Below are positions 59,827-64,000 of a stretch of 64,000 nt of DNA, in pieces. The stretch spans positions 192,001 through 256,000 of the forward strand of contig CBEVQO010000003.1 in the NCBI GenBank assembly GCA_965552055.1, given 5' to 3'. Origin of the DNA: an uncultured bacterium. Lineage in GTDB: Bacteria > Hydrothermota > UBA3073 > NMUJ01 > CBEVQO01. The notes under the pieces were generated by a model that saw nothing but the letters and a program-made list of their open reading frames with translations, was not told the DNA's origin and searched no databases. A program made the position numbers and the translations under genes. Numbering within the stretch: position 1 is the first letter of the stretch; each line of letters starts with the position of its first letter.

Positions 59827-59953
59827 CTACCTATATATGAGGCACTGCTTCGCCCATATTTAAAAATTTAACACACGCATACCCTCGCAGCACTTGCTCG
59901 GGTGTGTCAAATACCCCGCTATCGCTTGTATTAAATCTTTAAGCACAAAACAC

Positions 59954-59980
59954 TTGACAAATCAGGTAAGGAATTATAAA
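59954..59980 (+). promoter_or_regulatory. promoter TTGACA-N15-TATAAA
   Basis: Upstream of SD AGGAGG and ATG 60001. Confidence 0.55.
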
Positions 59981-60000
59981 TGTTTAAAATAGGAGGGGGT

Positions 60001-60858
60001 ATGAGGTGGTGTGTTATAATACTTGCAATTTTGTTTGCAGGATGTTATCAGCCAAAATACAGGATGGGCAAACTCGAAGAGAAACAGATAGAGCCACTAA
60101 ATGCAAATGCTGTGATTAAAGTAAAAATAGAAGAGATGAAAGGAATACCCGAAGAATGGAAACCAGATATAGAGGAAGCAGTGGAGCAAAGTTTAAAGAA
60201 ACTGTGGAACAATAAATTGGAACCCATGCTCGCACTCGAATGTAAATTAAAAATGAGATATGAAGAAACACCTTTTAAAGTCAAGGGTAAGATCAGATTA
60301 AAAGCATACTTAAAAACAGAAGATATGTTAGTTGATTCTTTCATAATTACTGCAAAGAAAACATCAATGAGGGAAATAGATTTAATAAAACATCAGGGGG
60401 GAATTATCCGCAAATTATTATCGCAAGTGATAAATCAATTAAAAACGGAAATTAAGAAAAAAGAAAAAGAAATTTTAAGTAAGATAAGTCCGCCAAGTTT
60501 GTTTATGGAAATTGAATTTAAGGATGAGAACAACAATATGGTGCTGGATGCAAGTGAAGTTTGCACCCTTTATATCACACTTATAAACAAATTAAAAAAG
60601 GCAACTGCAGGAGTAAAAGTGGGAATCGATTTGCTATCCCCAGATTATGAAGAAATGTTAGAAATATCACCACCAGTAAACACAGGCATTTTCAAAAAAT
60701 GGGAAAAGAAAATTGTAAAGCAATGGATAATGGCAGGACCTCTCATTCAATCAGGTCAATTCACCATAAGAATAAAATGCGATTATCTCGGCAAAACCAT
60801 AATTTACAAAGATATGTATATCGTGGCAAGGGGTAGATTCGGCATTTATAAAAAATAG
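60001..60858 (+). CDS. putative lipoprotein with C-terminal Ig-like domain
   Basis: SD-preceded ATG; MRWCVIILAILFAGC lipobox; DENNNMVLDASE..LINKL domain. Confidence 0.7.
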   Translation: MRWCVIILAILFAGCYQPKYRMGKLEEKQIEPLNANAVIKVKIEEMKGIPEEWKPDIEEAVEQSLKKLWNNKLEPMLALECKLKMRYEETPFKVKGKIRLKAYLKTEDMLVDSFIITAKKTSMREIDLIKHQGGIIRKLLSQVINQLKTEIKKKEKEILSKISPPSLFMEIEFKDENNNMVLDASEVCTLYITLINKLKKATAGVKVGIDLLSPDYEEMLEISPPVNTGIFKKWEKKIVKQWIMAGPLIQSGQFTIRIKCDYLGKTIIYKDMYIVARGRFGIYKK

Positions 60859-60866
60859 GAGGGAGT

Positions 60867-62915
60867 ATGAGGTGGTGTGTTATCATTTTTCCTTTGTCTC
60901 TGTCTGCAAAGGTGCTGACAATTGCGGTAGCACCCTTTAAGAATCTGACCCAGAACCAGCAACTCGCATGGTGCGAACAGGCATTCCAGATTCTACTGCA
61001 AACAAAACTCGGTAAACTACACACATTCAACATAAGGGAAAGAGCAGAAATACTCGCTCGAATGGCAAAATTTGAAGATAAATTCGGAACTGAAGATTTT
61101 GAGAAAAAATTAAGAGAAATGCTAACAGCAGATATTTACATATTCGGGGAATTCCTGTCACCGGATGGCGTATCCGCTACAATAACTGCAAGAGCAACCG
61201 ATAAAGATGGGAAAATTATCACAGGAATAGAAAAGCAAACATCTAACCTTCGACATGATATAACAAAAATATGTGATGAAATAGTGGCAGAACTTCTGGC
61301 AAAATTGGATATTAAACCTACGGATGAAGAAAAAATTATGATGAAAAAAGCAGTAACAGAATCAACAGATGCATTCGTAGAACTAATCATAGGATTGACA
61401 TTGCACGAAGGAATAGGAGTTGAGAAAAATATAAGAGAAGCGATAAATCACTACAAAAATGCAATAAAGATAGACCCCAATTATCTATCTGCCTATTATA
61501 ATCTGGGAAATGCGTATCTTGAAATCGGAGAATACAAATCGGCAATTGCTCAATATCAAAAAATATTGAGTGAAACGCCAAGAGACCCCGATGCACTGAA
61601 TAACATGGGTATGGCTTATCATCATATAGGAGAATATCAAAAAGCAATACAATGTTATAAAAAAGCACTGGAATTTAGAGAAGACTCGGATATATGTTTC
61701 AATATGGCACAGGCATATTATGATATGGGAGATTACAATAAAGCACTAATGTTGTTTGAAGAAATAAGAGATGAATTTGAAGAAAAAGAAGATTTAGAAT
61801 ATCAGATAGCACTTTGCTATCACAAAACAGGTGATTTACAAAAAGCAACTATGATTTTGAATTCTTTGCTGTTGTCAAATCCACAAAAACCTGCACGCCT
61901 GCATAGAGTACTCGCAACGATTTATGTAGAACAGGGGAAATATCCACTTGCTGAAGAAGAATTAAAAGAAGCGATAAAAATAGAACCGGACAGTATAAAA
62001 AATTACAAGGCACTTGCCGACCTTTATATAAAAATGGGAAGATATGGAGCAGCGCTCACAATTTTTGAAGAAATAGTTAAGAAAAAGCCAGACGAAAGCT
62101 ATCCACATTATGCACTGGGACAATTATATCAGGATATGGGAGAAAAAGAAAAAGCACTAAAAGAATTTGAGACAGCGATAAATCTGTCGGAAAGCGGTAA
62201 AAATAAACTTGGCAAAAAAGAGCTGGCAGATGCATATCACAGAGCAGGCAAAATTTATATAGAAAAAGGGGAGATGAAAAAGGCAAAAGAATATCTTTTT
62301 AAAGCATACAGGATAAATCCTGATGAAAAAATAACTTATGACCTTGCTCTTTTATGCTATAAGATGGGTAATTTCAACAGTGCCTTGAGGTATTTTGAAG
62401 AATGTGCGGATTATTTTAAAAATCCGGATATTTATTATTTGATGGGAGTTTGTGCAATGAAACTTGGCTTTAATCCCGAGAAATATTTTGATAAAGTTCT
62501 TGAGTTAAATCCTCATCATCCCGATGTTAATTATTTTATGGGTGTGGAATATATGAAAAGGGGTGATTTTTATGGTGCTCGTAAATATTTTTTGAGGGCA
62601 ATAGGAGGAGGGCTGACAAAGGAACTCCTTGCAGATGCCTATTACAATCTTGGTATTTGTTATGAGCATAACAGTTTTAACGAAAGATTTGGTGAGGGAT
62701 ACGATTGGGAATCCGCAGTTGATGCATTTAAGAAAGCAATATCATATAGACAAGATTTCTTTGATGCTTATTACAATCTTGGCTATCTGTATGTGCAAAG
62801 AGAGATGTGGCATGATGCGCTTTTAATTTTTGAAAAAAGTTTACCCTATGCACCACAGGATAAGAAAAAAGAATTAGAAGAAAAAATCGAAGCATTAAAA
62901 AGGAGGGTAAGATGA
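60867..62915 (+). CDS. CsgG/FlgO/TolB-N-like domain plus long TPR array
   Basis: IAVAPFKN..LAW....L.TKL...NIRER; many YYNLG..Y TPR units. Confidence 0.8.
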   Translation: MRWCVIIFPLSLSAKVLTIAVAPFKNLTQNQQLAWCEQAFQILLQTKLGKLHTFNIRERAEILARMAKFEDKFGTEDFEKKLREMLTADIYIFGEFLSPDGVSATITARATDKDGKIITGIEKQTSNLRHDITKICDEIVAELLAKLDIKPTDEEKIMMKKAVTESTDAFVELIIGLTLHEGIGVEKNIREAINHYKNAIKIDPNYLSAYYNLGNAYLEIGEYKSAIAQYQKILSETPRDPDALNNMGMAYHHIGEYQKAIQCYKKALEFREDSDICFNMAQAYYDMGDYNKALMLFEEIRDEFEEKEDLEYQIALCYHKTGDLQKATMILNSLLLSNPQKPARLHRVLATIYVEQGKYPLAEEELKEAIKIEPDSIKNYKALADLYIKMGRYGAALTIFEEIVKKKPDESYPHYALGQLYQDMGEKEKALKEFETAINLSESGKNKLGKKELADAYHRAGKIYIEKGEMKKAKEYLFKAYRINPDEKITYDLALLCYKMGNFNSALRYFEECADYFKNPDIYYLMGVCAMKLGFNPEKYFDKVLELNPHHPDVNYFMGVEYMKRGDFYGARKYFLRAIGGGLTKELLADAYYNLGICYEHNSFNERFGEGYDWESAVDAFKKAISYRQDFFDAYYNLGYLYVQREMWHDALLIFEKSLPYAPQDKKKELEEKIEALKRRVR

Positions 62916-64000
62916 AGGGAAAAATTTGTGGGGTGGTGCTCGGCGTATTAACCGCAGTAGCCACGCACTCACAGCAACCTCGATGGTACTTCTATCAATC
63001 ATTCCAAGGTACATTTAAAAGATACTTGGTTGAATATAATGGATGTGATTATTGGGATTGGGGATATTGGACATATCAGTCCTTTTCTTTAAATTTTATT
63101 GTAAAGAATTTTGGTTTTAACTTTCCATTATTCTACTGGGAGCACTGGAAATGGTTTAATTCTGGTTGGTCAGAATTTACTTCCAAATCTCTATTTCTAA
63201 GAAAACTAAGTTTAAATGTGTATTCAACGGATGAGATGTTAAGAGAACCTTTTGATAATTTCTTCATATTAACAGGATATATGGATATAGATTTAAAAGA
63301 AGATAGGTATTGGAAAGGCATCAGAATTAATTATTTTCCGAAGAAAGAGATAAAATTAGCAACAAATTTCAAATTCCTGCGAGCAGATACTTATAATTTT
63401 AATTTTCAAACTTATTTATTGAAACCTTTCTATAAAATAGAAGCGATGTTTTCCCTTAATGAACTTGGTAAAAGTATTGGCATAAATTTGAGAATAGGGA
63501 AAAATCTTCATACATTCATTTTGTCCGAGCTTTATTATGTATTCTCAGGAGATAAAAGAAATGAGTATTTTATTGAATTGGGAGGCACTATAGCAGAATA
63601 TTATAAAAAATATAACATGGGCATTTATGGCTGTTTGTATAAATATCCATTTAAAATAGAAGGAAAATGTGGAATAGAAAAATATTTAGAAAAAAACTGG
63701 GATGAATTCCAATATTTTTCCTATTATGTTCAAGTTAGCGTAAGCGGGTATTGGGGAAAGGTTTTGGATAGAAAAGTGAGAAAGTTAAAAGAATATGTGG
63801 AACAAATTTATATTTATCCAACATTGGTGGACGAAGATGGGGATGGCAAATTGGAAGCAGATGAAAGTTGTTATATTGAAGCGAAGTTGATTAATAAATT
63901 AGATAAATTAATAAGAAATCTAAAAGTAGAAGTAGAAGTGATAAGCCCAGATTATAAAGACCTTGTTAAATTCCCAAGTGTAAAAATAAACAGAATCGAA
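62912..64000 (+). CDS. putative exported/outer-membrane protein, 3' truncated (absent from the ORF track)
   Basis: ATG 62912 overlaps the upstream stop, SD AGGAGG; 363 codons open to the window end (MKGKICGVVLGVLTAVATHSQ... DEDGDGKLEADE...). Confidence 0.75.
   Translation, partial: MKGKICGVVLGVLTAVATHSQQPRWYFYQSFQGTFKRYLVEYNGCDYWDWGYWTYQSFSLNFIVKNFGFNFPLFYWEHWKWFNSGWSEFTSKSLFLRKLSLNVYSTDEMLREPFDNFFILTGYMDIDLKEDRYWKGIRINYFPKKEIKLATNFKFLRADTYNFNFQTYLLKPFYKIEAMFSLNELGKSIGINLRIGKNLHTFILSELYYVFSGDKRNEYFIELGGTIAEYYKKYNMGIYGCLYKYPFKIEGKCGIEKYLEKNWDEFQYFSYYVQVSVSGYWGKVLDRKVRKLKEYVEQIYIYPTLVDEDGDGKLEADESCYIEAKLINKLDKLIRNLKVEVEVISPDYKDLVKFPSVKINRIE

Noticed and set aside
596..63321. Numerous short alternative-frame or antisense ORFs in the track
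   Set aside because: They overlap well-supported genes and show no recognisable motifs.

Overview
AT-rich, very compact bacterial chromosomal segment from a diderm (LptD, MlaEFD, ExbBD, PorV-like barrels). The gene content resembles FCB-affiliated candidate lineages such as WOR-3, but that is inference only. It is mostly core genome: GldFG-like ABC/DUF4340, lptD, def, aspS, a CoA-activase, panB-thiL-pyrD-pyrF, a modified dcw cluster (no mraZ, murB, ddl or ftsQ, and a beta-propeller lipoprotein between murE and murF), rpsT-efp-exbBD-porV-like-pglF, a CheY/triple-REC/CheX module with no kinase in view, serS, hsp20, dtd, yicC-gmk-rpoZ-coaBC-udg-dnaB-mlaEFD-radA, and a terminal envelope cluster. 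No rRNA, tRNA, CRISPR array or transposase was seen. The least explained signals are: (1) two divergent copies, about 51 kb apart, of a ~175-bp structured intergenic element with a long stem, a variable core and a covarying tandem-GA hairpin, a hairpin that also occurs at a third site; (2) TTGACA...TAnnnT promoters with 15-16 nt spacers, many placed for leaderless mRNA; (3) several envelope proteins whose only N-terminal signal is a 6-9 residue hydrophobic run; (4) T9SS-like parts, with a PorV-like gene coupled to ExbBD; (5) a 32-bp direct repeat of a translation-start region bracketing one gene.
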